A stretch of 64,000 nt of DNA from contig JBCBZT010000033.1 in the NCBI GenBank assembly GCA_039815185.1, positions 1 to 64,000 on the forward strand. The letters are read 5' to 3'. This document shows, piece by piece, positions 37,279 to 46,679 of this stretch. Within the stretch, counting starts at the first letter, position 1. The number at the start of each line of letters is the position of its first letter. Position numbers and translations under genes: made by a program. Under the pieces are notes generated by a model. It worked only from the letters and a program-made list of their open reading frames with translations. It made no database searches and was not told the origin of the DNA. Source of the stretch: Cyanobacteria bacterium P01_A01_bin.123. Its GTDB lineage: Bacteria > Cyanobacteriota > Cyanobacteriia > Phormidesmidales > Phormidesmidaceae.

Positions 37279-39498
37279 CTACTCAATAAAGTTATTCTCC
37301 TGGAGAGCTGGAAAAATCGGATCACTTAAATTGGTAATGTGAATTCCTTCCCGTGAGAATCCGCCAAACGAAGTTGCCGCAGCAAGATGATTTTGGCGGA
37401 TCACCTGGCGGCGACCCAAGAAGCCAAAAATGCGAATACCATCAATCGGCGAGTTGGCTGTGCTCGTAAAACGACGTAGCGAGAGCACATTATTTTCGAT
37501 CACAAAACTATTGCAATTGCCTACAAAGATGCCGTGACGTTCTTTCACAATGCGCCCCGACACGTTGGGAAAGGCAATGTGCAGGGTATTGCCGAGGATG
37601 AGGAGTGTGCCAATGCGATCAGGCTCGCCCCGCGACGTTTCATGGTGACTTACCCCGACATGGATGCCCTGCAGCATATTTTGCAAACTGTTGTTCAATA
37701 CCCGTACGTCTTCCGCGATCGCGCCGCCCACCACAATGCCCTGGGCCGCTGGATTTTGGGGGTTCGGGGAGAGAATCTGGTTGTTGTCGACCTGGGTGTA
37801 GCGAGTGTTCACCAGCAAAATACCGATTTGGCGATCGCCCACCTCTAGATTGCAGCGCTGAATCCGTACGATACTGACAACGTTGCTCAGCTGATGTTGC
37901 TCGACCTGACGGGGAGATACGGTGATGCAAGCGGCGTTTTTTCGCGAGCTGCCGGTGCATTTCAGGGTGGTTTCTTCGACCGTGACTTGGGGGCAGTCGT
38001 AAAAGCTGAGGGTGCCCTGGAGTCGGGCATTTTGTGGAAAGCTGGCGGTGCTGTTTTCGGCATAGAGGTCTCGAACAATGACGCTCTGGCAATTTTCAAC
38101 CCGTAGGGCGGCTTCAGCGTTGCTCGACAGCAAGCGAGTGCCAAAGCCGGATCCGGTGACTTTCACATGCCCTTTGTTTTGAATCAGGAGGGGGCGGGTA
38201 AGGGCATAATTGCCCGGCTGTAAGCAGATATGAATATCTGCGACCCCGTTAGCAATTTGCGTCAGACTCGCTTCCCAGTTATCAGGATTGAGGGTGTAGG
38301 TGCAGGTGCCGCCGCCGGTTGTCCCAGAGAGACTCAGTCCCCGTCGCAGAAACACGACATAGGTCTCCTGGCCCGTGGCTGCCAGCACCGGGTAGACATC
38401 AACCGCATCGACGCCAGGCCGTATGGGGTCAAAGGCGAACGATCGCTGGAATACTGCTCGGAGCTGAGTCGGTTCTAGCGCCACGTGGCGCAGCTCGGTG
38501 TCAGCAAAAAAGGTGCTCAAGCTAAAGCCAGGAGTGGTGCCGATGCCAGTGGGCAAATAACCTGCTGCGGGCAAATAGTCAAACACTTGACTGGCGAGGA
38601 TGCCAATGTCACCGCTGGCCCGCAGGTCAGCCAACTGTTGCTGAAACTGCCGCAGGAAAGCGCGGGCCTCAATCAGGCGACGGCGACCGACCAGGGCGGT
38701 ATCGGCATTGAGCCAACTCTCATCCCCACCGTTGGGGAAGCACGGACGCCGGACGGCCCACATATCCACAAAGCGTACGGTCTGGGGCTGAAAGCGAAAT
38801 ACAGCAAGCGGTACGTCGCACTGGGTGAGGCGCTGATCGGTTCGGAGCTGATCGATCAGGCCGTATGCCGTCGGGGCATGCACCGGATCGGGGGCAAAGC
38901 CGATGATCTGGTCAGTGCCCAAACAACGATGGGCCAAGCGACTGCGGGTGTTGGGGGCGCTTCCGGAGGGAACTACAAAGTCGTCATTGGTTAAGGGAAT
39001 GAGCTTGAACTGCACCCCCACTTCCTCATAGCGATGGGTGCAGCCGGGACGATCGCCCTCCAGCCCGGAGTTGGGGGCCATCGTGGTGGAAAGGCGCGTT
39101 GCACTGGCGATCGCCAGCAGGTAGTAGCCGGTGGAGACTTTGCCCGTTAGCTTCGTGGCTCCGGCGATGTCGCAGGGCACGAAGGGGGAGGTGGGATTGC
39201 CCAATGGCTCGGTCAACACCAGTTCAACGGTGGTGGTACCCGGCAGCGATAAACCATCGCCTCGGGGATTGACGGCCAGTCCGGCGGTAATTTGCAGATC
39301 GCGTTGGCCGTTCACCGCGGTTACCGCTAAGCCGTGGACAACCCCGGTGCCAACCGCCTGACCTAAATAGCGCGATCGCTTCAGTCCGGCGGCCTGCTCG
39401 TCCCGCAGGTCGGTGGCCGTGAGAATGCGCCCGTTAAAGAAATTGGGATGTTGTAGGCTGTCGACAAAAACGGCGTCTAAAAATTGATTATTCATCAC
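37279..39498 (-). CDS. eCIS fibre/baseplate-associated protein with C-terminal right-handed beta-helix
   Basis: FFNGRILTATDLRDEQ...GVVHGL...GLAVNPRG N-terminus; ICLQPGNY followed by repeated GI.V / I.NN.I rungs. Confidence 0.75.
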   Translation of the reverse strand: MMNNQFLDAVFVDSLQHPNFFNGRILTATDLRDEQAAGLKRSRYLGQAVGTGVVHGLAVTAVNGQRDLQITAGLAVNPRGDGLSLPGTTTVELVLTEPLGNPTSPFVPCDIAGATKLTGKVSTGYYLLAIASATRLSTTMAPNSGLEGDRPGCTHRYEEVGVQFKLIPLTNDDFVVPSGSAPNTRSRLAHRCLGTDQIIGFAPDPVHAPTAYGLIDQLRTDQRLTQCDVPLAVFRFQPQTVRFVDMWAVRRPCFPNGGDESWLNADTALVGRRRLIEARAFLRQFQQQLADLRASGDIGILASQVFDYLPAAGYLPTGIGTTPGFSLSTFFADTELRHVALEPTQLRAVFQRSFAFDPIRPGVDAVDVYPVLAATGQETYVVFLRRGLSLSGTTGGGTCTYTLNPDNWEASLTQIANGVADIHICLQPGNYALTRPLLIQNKGHVKVTGSGFGTRLLSSNAEAALRVENCQSVIVRDLYAENSTASFPQNARLQGTLSFYDCPQVTVEETTLKCTGSSRKNAACITVSPRQVEQHQLSNVVSIVRIQRCNLEVGDRQIGILLVNTRYTQVDNNQILSPNPQNPAAQGIVVGGAIAEDVRVLNNSLQNMLQGIHVGVSHHETSRGEPDRIGTLLILGNTLHIAFPNVSGRIVKERHGIFVGNCNSFVIENNVLSLRRFTSTANSPIDGIRIFGFLGRRQVIRQNHLAAATSFGGFSREGIHITNLSDPIFPALQENNFIE

Positions 39499-41614
39499 GA
39501 TCGCCTCCCCAGGTCAACTCAGCTATGAGCAAATAAAGCTGTCGATCCTCAGTATTGCCAGGGTCCCAGCGAGGCGACAGATATACCGCCAGATAATCGG
39601 GACTGTCGATGCCCTCTTCGCGAATCTCCTCGTTGAGGGTGAGTTCTAACGCCGGACTGCGCTGCAAATGAAACTCTTGCAATCGCATGAACGGCAGGGG
39701 TTCGTTTTCCGGGGGAGGTTCGCGAAATCTCTCCATGGTGAGCTGCGACGAGGCTCGGGGTGCCTCCCCAAATCGCAGCGACTGACGCCACCGCCAGAGC
39801 ACCTGCCAGAGTACACCGCCTCCCGCCGCCGTGCAGTAGAGCCGCAAAAACGGCACCTGACCTGGCTCTACCGTGTTGGGACGCAATATGGAAAAGGCGG
39901 CGAGCCCCCCATTCTGCGGGAAAATCAGGGCCGGATAACCGTTCACGGTACCGGGGCGAGCGGGGCGAAGATCGGGACTGATTTGTTCTGGGCGATCGGT
40001 GACCTCGCCGAAGAGCACCATATCGATGGGCCGCAGTACGGTTCTGGCGGGGGGCGGGAGCGACGACGATTGGGGAATGACCACATCGAAGGCGATCGCC
40101 TCAGCGGTTCCGGCGGGATAGACCCCCCGGGGTCGAGTGGTGCTTTCAAAGGTGACGCTGCCGTTGGCTAAAGGCGGCGTGGCGGCGGGCGGCGGTGGTG
40201 GCATCACCACGTTAAAGGCTACGTTGGTCCCGTCCGGTAGGGGACTCACCGGGAACACGCCAACCGTATCATCCCCTTCCTGATAGCGGGCGCTGCCTTC
40301 GCCCAGCAGCGGATTCGGCACGACGACGTTAAAAGCCACATTGGCCCCGTCTGGCAGAGGCTCGGCGGGATAGACCCCCGGCGCACTATCCCCCGCCTCA
40401 TACTCAGCCGTGCCCTCCCCAAGGGCGATTTCGGTGCCGCCGTGGAGCAAGGTTTGCAACAGCAGTTCTTGCAGCAGGCGGGTGTGGAGCAGATACGGTC
40501 GCTTCAGGTGTTCAACAGTTAAAGTACTTTCGTCGACGGTGCCCTCTGCCGTCAGGTCAAACTGCGCGATCGCTAATAACAGACAGTCATCCTCGGTGGT
40601 CTTGCAGGCTTGGGGCTGGCTGGCCCAATGCTGGAGCACCGCTCGCCGCAGCACCGTCCCATCCTCGGGGGAGAGGGTGACCTCCGCCACCGCATCAATG
40701 GGGTCCTGACTGTTTTGCTCGATGTAGTCGTCCAGAGCGGTGGTAAAAAGGTCAATCTGCTCGGCCAAGAGCGTTTCGTCGCTCGGGGCAGTGGTGTCAA
40801 TCGCAATTTTCTCCAGCAGAGCGAGCACCGGATTATGCAGCAAGTTCAGACTGGGACGGGTGTTGGTGACCCAATAGCGCAGCAGTTCCCGCAGAATGTC
40901 GCGAGCCTCAGCTTCGGGCAATTCGACAGACTCCAGGGTCGCCAACCGGGTCGGGTCATCCAGGCTATCCCGCAGAATTTGTACGGCGGCGGGCACATCA
41001 ACCGCCCCCCCGGGCACCAGCTCAATCTTGGCCAAGAGATCACCAATCGCCCGCACCCAGTCTTCTTCATGTTGCCGCGGGGGCTGCGATCGCAACTGCA
41101 ACTCAAACTCATCGCGAATACGGGTGTATTGGATGACGCCGTTTTCGCCACTATCGGTGCGGCAGGGATTGCCCAAAATCGGTTGAGCACCCGTCTGGCA
41201 GGGGTAATAGCAGAGAGTGACGTAGACCCCCAGCGGACTCCCTTCGCCATTTACAGGCATCAACGTGTCACGGTTCGCCGTTTCCTCACCCTCGGCCACG
41301 GCAGCACTGAGCCAGGTATTGAGTTGAGCACATTGCAGTGCATCAACCAGCACTTCCCGCCCCAGCGGATCGATGGCGAGGCCGCAGTCGACTTGAATTT
41401 CCAGGTCCTCGCTGGTGCCCTGGGTGGTGACATCCAGGCCCCAGACCGTGCCATAGCCATGGAGACTGCGATTATGCAACCGAGCTTTATGGAGGAAATA
41501 GAGTTGTTCTTGCTGGAAGTCTTTGACTCCCAAGACCTGCCCCAGCACGTAGTTCAAGCGCTCGTTGGCATGGAGTTCATCCAGGTCGGCACAAAGGTGA
41601 AAGGGTTGACTCAT
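39488..41614 (-). CDS. eCIS fibre-base-like protein (Afp13-type N-terminus) with internal repeats
   Basis: RLNYVLGQVLGVKDFQQEQ.Y...LHGYGTVWGL...GLAIDPLGREV. Confidence 0.75.
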   Translation of the reverse strand: MSQPFHLCADLDELHANERLNYVLGQVLGVKDFQQEQLYFLHKARLHNRSLHGYGTVWGLDVTTQGTSEDLEIQVDCGLAIDPLGREVLVDALQCAQLNTWLSAAVAEGEETANRDTLMPVNGEGSPLGVYVTLCYYPCQTGAQPILGNPCRTDSGENGVIQYTRIRDEFELQLRSQPPRQHEEDWVRAIGDLLAKIELVPGGAVDVPAAVQILRDSLDDPTRLATLESVELPEAEARDILRELLRYWVTNTRPSLNLLHNPVLALLEKIAIDTTAPSDETLLAEQIDLFTTALDDYIEQNSQDPIDAVAEVTLSPEDGTVLRRAVLQHWASQPQACKTTEDDCLLLAIAQFDLTAEGTVDESTLTVEHLKRPYLLHTRLLQELLLQTLLHGGTEIALGEGTAEYEAGDSAPGVYPAEPLPDGANVAFNVVVPNPLLGEGSARYQEGDDTVGVFPVSPLPDGTNVAFNVVMPPPPPAATPPLANGSVTFESTTRPRGVYPAGTAEAIAFDVVIPQSSSLPPPARTVLRPIDMVLFGEVTDRPEQISPDLRPARPGTVNGYPALIFPQNGGLAAFSILRPNTVEPGQVPFLRLYCTAAGGGVLWQVLWRWRQSLRFGEAPRASSQLTMERFREPPPENEPLPFMRLQEFHLQRSPALELTLNEEIREEGIDSPDYLAVYLSPRWDPGNTEDRQLYLLIAELTWGGDRDE

Positions 41615-41666
41615 GGGGCATCTCCTGTTGGCAATTGGGTAAGGAAAGGAGGGGGGACACCGACCG

Positions 41667-44012
41667 CTAGCAGGCCAGCACGGTGCGATTGTTGAGGGTG
41701 TAGGGGAAGGCCGCCGCTAGCGTCGCCTCGGCTAAAGCCGATTGCCCCAACACAAAGGTTTCAAATTGGCCGCCCTGGCCCAAAACGGTATCCCACCCCA
41801 GGCGCACCTCGCCGACGCGGAAGAGTGCCCAGTACTGTTTGATGGTGAAGGCGGTATGGGCGGGTTTCTCCAGCTCGACAATGCGCCGGATGAGGGTTTC
41901 GGTCGCGCTGGTGAGCGGCGTGGGCAAGAGCACCGTAAAGCGGTGAGCCCGAGCCTTGGCGTCGGCCTGCACATTGGCGGTCAAGGTCAGTTCGGGGTCG
42001 GTGGGGTCCCCGGCGGCGACCCCCGGCCACGTGCGGGTCAAAAACTGCTCTACAATCCGGACGGTGGGACACAACTGGGCCACGTCATCCTGGAAGAGGC
42101 GGGGACCGAATTCGGGATAGAGGGTAAGCAAAATGGCCTGCAAGATTCCCACGGTCGTGCCCCGACGATGGAAGAAATAGGGAGCCTGGGCAATCAATAG
42201 CCGCCGCTGATACTCGCTCCACCCCGGTTCCAGAGCCAGACCAAACCAGTCCGCCAACCAGTCCAGGGCGTCGGTGGGCACTGTGCGCACATCGAACAAG
42301 GTTTGCGCTTGGGCAATCAACCCTTCTACGGTGGTGAAGATGCCCTCCGGATTGGCCAGGAACTGATCGAGAAACGTCTGGGACGCCAAATCCTGCTGGT
42401 AAACCGCGGGCAAATACTGGCGCAAATACGAAAATCGGGGGTAGTGCACCCGCAGCGATCGCACCAGGGGCGAACTGCGACCATTGCCGATCAGGGCCAG
42501 ACGCAGTTGGAGATAGCGTCCCGGCAGTTGCTGAAATAGCAGTTCCCAGGTGCCTGTATGGGGATCCTCCCGGTCTATCTCACTCCACAGGTTGCTATAG
42601 GGCACCTCAACGGCGGGACGGCGGTAGGGAGTCGGCTGTCGCTGCCAGGTGGCCCACTCCAGATCGGCGATTGTCTCTGCCGCCCGCGCCTCGATCTGCA
42701 GAGCCGTTTCCGGCGGTAGACAGGCATCGATACAGAGGCGATGCCACAAACAGCCGGGTTCCTTGCCATCCAGGGCTGCTAATGTCAGTGTGGCCTCGGT
42801 TTCGTAACGTTGGCGGGGTAATGCTTTAATGGGCAACCAGCGATCACTCGCCTGCAAGTAATACGCTTCGCCCTCTGACCAGGTGGCCACGAAGGACACC
42901 GTATCCAGCTGCCGTAGAGGATAGTAGCGCCGCTCAATGCGCAACTGCAGGGGCTCCAAGGATGCCAGCCGCAGACCATAGGCTTGATTGCCCGACTGAT
43001 CCACCACAAACAGGGTGCCGGTGGCCAAGAACCGCCCCCGTAGATCGCGATCGGGCACGTAGGTCAGATCATAGCCGCGAATCTGGCCGAGATTCAGGTC
43101 ATCGGCCTCCGCCTCCACCAGATTGCTGATCAGCAGCGTTAGCGATCGCGGATTTTGGCCCTCGCGATCGTAGTGCCAGAGGATGGCGGCGCCGCTATCG
43201 GGCTGATCGAGTAGCCAGAAAGAACCATCGGGTAGAGGAGCCAGGGCAATCGGGTTTGTGGTTTCAGTTAACAAAATGGCGCTGGGCAGGGTCGCCGATC
43301 GCGATCGACGCGGCGCGCCTGACTTGGGCTGGAACGGGGTAAACACCGCCGCCGTTCTGGGTTGCACCGGGAGGAGCCGGAGGCGCTGATCTAGCCGCCA
43401 AAGCTGACGATGTTGGCGATCGAGCACGAGTAAGCCGCCATCGGGCAACGCAGCGAGATCAAAAGGCGCAGCGGGTTCCCCCCCGGCGGCGGGCGGTAGG
43501 GGGAGCCGCAAATAAGCGTTGTCTAAGGCATAGAGGTCAAAGGCCAAGAGGCTGCCGGTACTGGGGGAGCCGACCACCAGATACCCTTCCCGCATCACCG
43601 CCAGACCTGCCAACCGTTCCTCACGCGTTGCAGAGGATGGGGCCGCAGGACGGAACGGTCGCGAGGGGGATGAGTTCAGACACTCAGCCGCCGGTCGGGG
43701 AAAGAGCACTTCGGGGGCAGTGGCTTCAGCCCAGCGCGCGTGTATCTGGGTGCGGATCTCGTTCTCCTGCTCGATCACTTCGATCCAGTACCAATGGCCG
43801 TAGACGTCGCGATCGCTATCCCGCCGCTGCGTCGGATCGAGAGCGATCGCCCCCGACTGTTGGAAGGTAAAGATTTCCGCCTGCAGTCGAATGCCCTCGC
43901 GGGCCTCGTCATATTCCCAGCGTCGACCCTGGCCGCGCTCTAGCAGGCTACGCTCCTCCCAGTCCGAGCGACCCAGGAACAGATGATAGCGGGTATCGTT
44001 AACGTCTCTCAT
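41667..44012 (-). CDS. Baseplate wedge / phage tail protein I domain protein with N-terminal propeller-like region
   Basis: YLPAVY, LDWLADW, RRGT..G, EKPAHT motifs. Confidence 0.85.
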   Translation of the reverse strand: MRDVNDTRYHLFLGRSDWEERSLLERGQGRRWEYDEAREGIRLQAEIFTFQQSGAIALDPTQRRDSDRDVYGHWYWIEVIEQENEIRTQIHARWAEATAPEVLFPRPAAECLNSSPSRPFRPAAPSSATREERLAGLAVMREGYLVVGSPSTGSLLAFDLYALDNAYLRLPLPPAAGGEPAAPFDLAALPDGGLLVLDRQHRQLWRLDQRLRLLPVQPRTAAVFTPFQPKSGAPRRSRSATLPSAILLTETTNPIALAPLPDGSFWLLDQPDSGAAILWHYDREGQNPRSLTLLISNLVEAEADDLNLGQIRGYDLTYVPDRDLRGRFLATGTLFVVDQSGNQAYGLRLASLEPLQLRIERRYYPLRQLDTVSFVATWSEGEAYYLQASDRWLPIKALPRQRYETEATLTLAALDGKEPGCLWHRLCIDACLPPETALQIEARAAETIADLEWATWQRQPTPYRRPAVEVPYSNLWSEIDREDPHTGTWELLFQQLPGRYLQLRLALIGNGRSSPLVRSLRVHYPRFSYLRQYLPAVYQQDLASQTFLDQFLANPEGIFTTVEGLIAQAQTLFDVRTVPTDALDWLADWFGLALEPGWSEYQRRLLIAQAPYFFHRRGTTVGILQAILLTLYPEFGPRLFQDDVAQLCPTVRIVEQFLTRTWPGVAAGDPTDPELTLTANVQADAKARAHRFTVLLPTPLTSATETLIRRIVELEKPAHTAFTIKQYWALFRVGEVRLGWDTVLGQGGQFETFVLGQSALAEATLAAAFPYTLNNRTVLAC

Positions 44013-44015
44013 GGG

Positions 44016-46271
44016 TTAACACCGTTCAGGCAAAATAGGAATGGGCGTCCACTCAGCACCCGTGCTCACGGCTGGGGCATTGCGGAGCTGATCGAGGCGT
44101 ACCGCCGGACCGCTGACCACCGATACCCCCGCCAGACGGGGCAGCATCAAACCCGCCAGCGTCACGCGGGTAACGTTGTCGGTGGTGGTCGTACCGAGAT
44201 ATAGGGGCGCAGTTTCGTCCAGCAGTCGCACCCCGTCGACCCGCGTGACGATTGCCTCCAGTTCCCCCTGCAACACCGGGCCATTCAAGGGCCAGCCCGT
44301 GCCCTGTTGTCCGCCATAGAGGGGCGACAAAAAGCGGTAGAGCTCCTCCTTAACTGCTTCTCGCACGGGACCGGCGGCATAGCCCCCCAACAGGGTGATG
44401 CCTACAGAGATCCACACATCTACATAGTGAGGCCCGCGCACAAACAGCTCCGTGGTCACCAGTCGCCGGGGTTGGAGGTGATTGCACACCGCCTCCAGGA
44501 AGAATTGATCGGGCTGGGGATTAGTGTTGTTGGGGCTGGCGGGAATCACCATCACCGTCACGGCCCCTGGAATATCAGTCAGCACCGGATTGTCCGGGTC
44601 AAACAGACTGGGGTCAAACAGGGGCAAAATGGCCACCCGCCCCAAATCGATGCCGGGGGTTTGGTGGGTCACATCTGCAAAGTCGGTGATCGAGACGAGG
44701 CGATCGCGGTGCTGCACATAGCGCGAAACCCCCTTCTCCGCTGCCGTCGTATCTTGGGCATCATCGCCACCCCAGGTACGTAGGGGATTCGTTACCTTAA
44801 AGCCCGCGGGCAGTTCTGGGCTACGGGTAATGGCATTCACCCCCACATTTCCTTGACGGCCACCGCCATAGGCATAGCTGGCCACGATTAGCTGACGCGG
44901 TCGCGCTCCATGGGTGCCATCTCCAAAGGTGATCTGTCCTGATTCCGGATCGAGAGCAAAGACCTCAGAACGCAGTTCTGCCGACACCTCGTGAGTGATT
45001 TCGGACTGGTAGATAGGCAGGCGGGGATCGCTGACGGGCACCTCTGGATCGGCAGCGAGCAGGTCATCAATGGGCTGCCAGAGGGTGCCTCCCACCGTCA
45101 GATCTAAGGTGTCGGGCAACACCGGAGCGTGGGCCAGCTGAAACACCTGATCCGGTTCGCCAGTGCCGGTGCCCACCACCTCGCCCGTCACGATTACCCG
45201 CTGCTGTACTTGAGTGGCATTGATTCCCACCCAACTCAACCGGGCTTTCAGGGAGGTGGTTGTGGCCGTTTCACTCGTGGTATCTAACCGCAGGCGAATC
45301 CATGTCATGAGGCGATCGCTGAGGTTGGTATCCGCCAGCGACGGGGGATATTCGTCCGTGCCCTCCAGCCCTGGCTCTAGGGCAGCAAAGTTCCAACTGG
45401 TGAGTTGCACTTCCGTCCCCGGTAAATCAATCTCGACCAGCCCTGGCGCATTGAGAAAGGCCCCTCGACTACGAGACACCAGCGGTCGATAGTTGGGGGT
45501 GGGATTGGTGGCGTCGGCAATTTCCCACTGCACAGGGGCGTGTTCTCCCGCCGCCCGCGTAATTTCGCCCTGGGCTAAGGTCACCCCGGTTTCGTCGAGG
45601 TGGGGCATGATGCCGAGGGTCAAGGTTTTTGGGGTCTCATCAGCTAACTGAGCCCGGGCCGCTTCCGGCGTCTCTCCCGGACGAGACAGCAGCGCGATCC
45701 ACAGGCAACCATCCACGGTATCGGTCGCTAAATCCAGCACCGGCAGGGTGCCGTCGGGGCGGGGCGGCGGCATCGGTACCGTTTCATAAAAGGCAGGTAC
45801 TCGGCTATCCCCCAGCAGGTCAGCATAGAGCTGACGATACAGGGTGTCTTGCTCGTCACTGGGATCGATTGCCTGTTTATAAAATAGTTGTGCCGTGATT
45901 GGCAGCACCGTCAGTCCCTGGGTGGTGCGAAACCGCACCTGTCCAGCCCGCACGTCCAGCCCTGCGGGAAAACTGCGACTGTCTAGAGGACCGCGATCGT
46001 TCGACACAGTGACAAACCCTTGAGCGGCAGCGGCAGGCACTAGGGGAATGCCCAGCAGTTGCAGAAACTTGAGCCGATTGCGCTCGGGAATCTGGTTAGC
46101 CCGATACAGGATGCTCTCGGTCATGAAGGCAAAGAGCTGAATCAGCGTGACCCCCGGATCGCTGTCGTTAAAGTTGGTCCACTCGGGGTTGTGAACCGGA
46201 ATCCGGGCGATCGCATCCTGCAAAATATCGGTATAGTTGCGATCGTCGAGGGGGGGAATGTTGATGGGCAT
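44016..46271 (-). CDS. Baseplate J-like protein (Afp11-like)
   Basis: PPLDDRNY...PEWTNFNDSDPGVTLIQLFA...FGDG.HG...YGGG..GNV...RDRLVS..DF. Confidence 0.93.
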   Translation of the reverse strand: MPINIPPLDDRNYTDILQDAIARIPVHNPEWTNFNDSDPGVTLIQLFAFMTESILYRANQIPERNRLKFLQLLGIPLVPAAAAQGFVTVSNDRGPLDSRSFPAGLDVRAGQVRFRTTQGLTVLPITAQLFYKQAIDPSDEQDTLYRQLYADLLGDSRVPAFYETVPMPPPRPDGTLPVLDLATDTVDGCLWIALLSRPGETPEAARAQLADETPKTLTLGIMPHLDETGVTLAQGEITRAAGEHAPVQWEIADATNPTPNYRPLVSRSRGAFLNAPGLVEIDLPGTEVQLTSWNFAALEPGLEGTDEYPPSLADTNLSDRLMTWIRLRLDTTSETATTTSLKARLSWVGINATQVQQRVIVTGEVVGTGTGEPDQVFQLAHAPVLPDTLDLTVGGTLWQPIDDLLAADPEVPVSDPRLPIYQSEITHEVSAELRSEVFALDPESGQITFGDGTHGARPRQLIVASYAYGGGRQGNVGVNAITRSPELPAGFKVTNPLRTWGGDDAQDTTAAEKGVSRYVQHRDRLVSITDFADVTHQTPGIDLGRVAILPLFDPSLFDPDNPVLTDIPGAVTVMVIPASPNNTNPQPDQFFLEAVCNHLQPRRLVTTELFVRGPHYVDVWISVGITLLGGYAAGPVREAVKEELYRFLSPLYGGQQGTGWPLNGPVLQGELEAIVTRVDGVRLLDETAPLYLGTTTTDNVTRVTLAGLMLPRLAGVSVVSGPAVRLDQLRNAPAVSTGAEWTPIPILPERC

Positions 46272-46283
46272 GATCGGTCTCCG

Positions 46284-46676
46284 TTAACCTCCCAAATTGA
46301 CCGTAAGGGCGAGGCGCTCACCCGCTCCAGTGCTCACCAACCCATAATCCAGGGTGATGATGACTTGCTGCGGATCCTGCGGATCCGCGTCGACCTGCAC
46401 CTGCCGCAACCGGATGCGCGGTTCCCACAGACGCAGAGCGGTTTCCACCCGCTCTTGAATCAGGCGACGATTAGCCGTGGTATTAGGCTCGAACAAGAAG
46501 CGCCCCAGCCCAGCCCCAAAGGAGCGCAGCATCAACCGCTCACCGACTTCCGTTTGCAAGATGATTTGAATCGACTCGCGAATGTTTTGCGGGCCTTTCG
46601 ACCAGGCCATGCGCCCGTCGCTGCCAATCCGAGGCGGAAAGGCAATACTGCGACCAAAAAGTTTGCCAGCGTCCAT
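46284..46676 (-). CDS. GPW/gp25 baseplate protein (Afp9-like)
   Basis: GRSIAFP...IRESIQIILQT..GERLM...FG...WEPRI. Confidence 0.93.
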   Translation of the reverse strand: MDAGKLFGRSIAFPPRIGSDGRMAWSKGPQNIRESIQIILQTEVGERLMLRSFGAGLGRFLFEPNTTANRRLIQERVETALRLWEPRIRLRQVQVDADPQDPQQVIITLDYGLVSTGAGERLALTVNLGG

Positions 46677-46679
46677 TCG

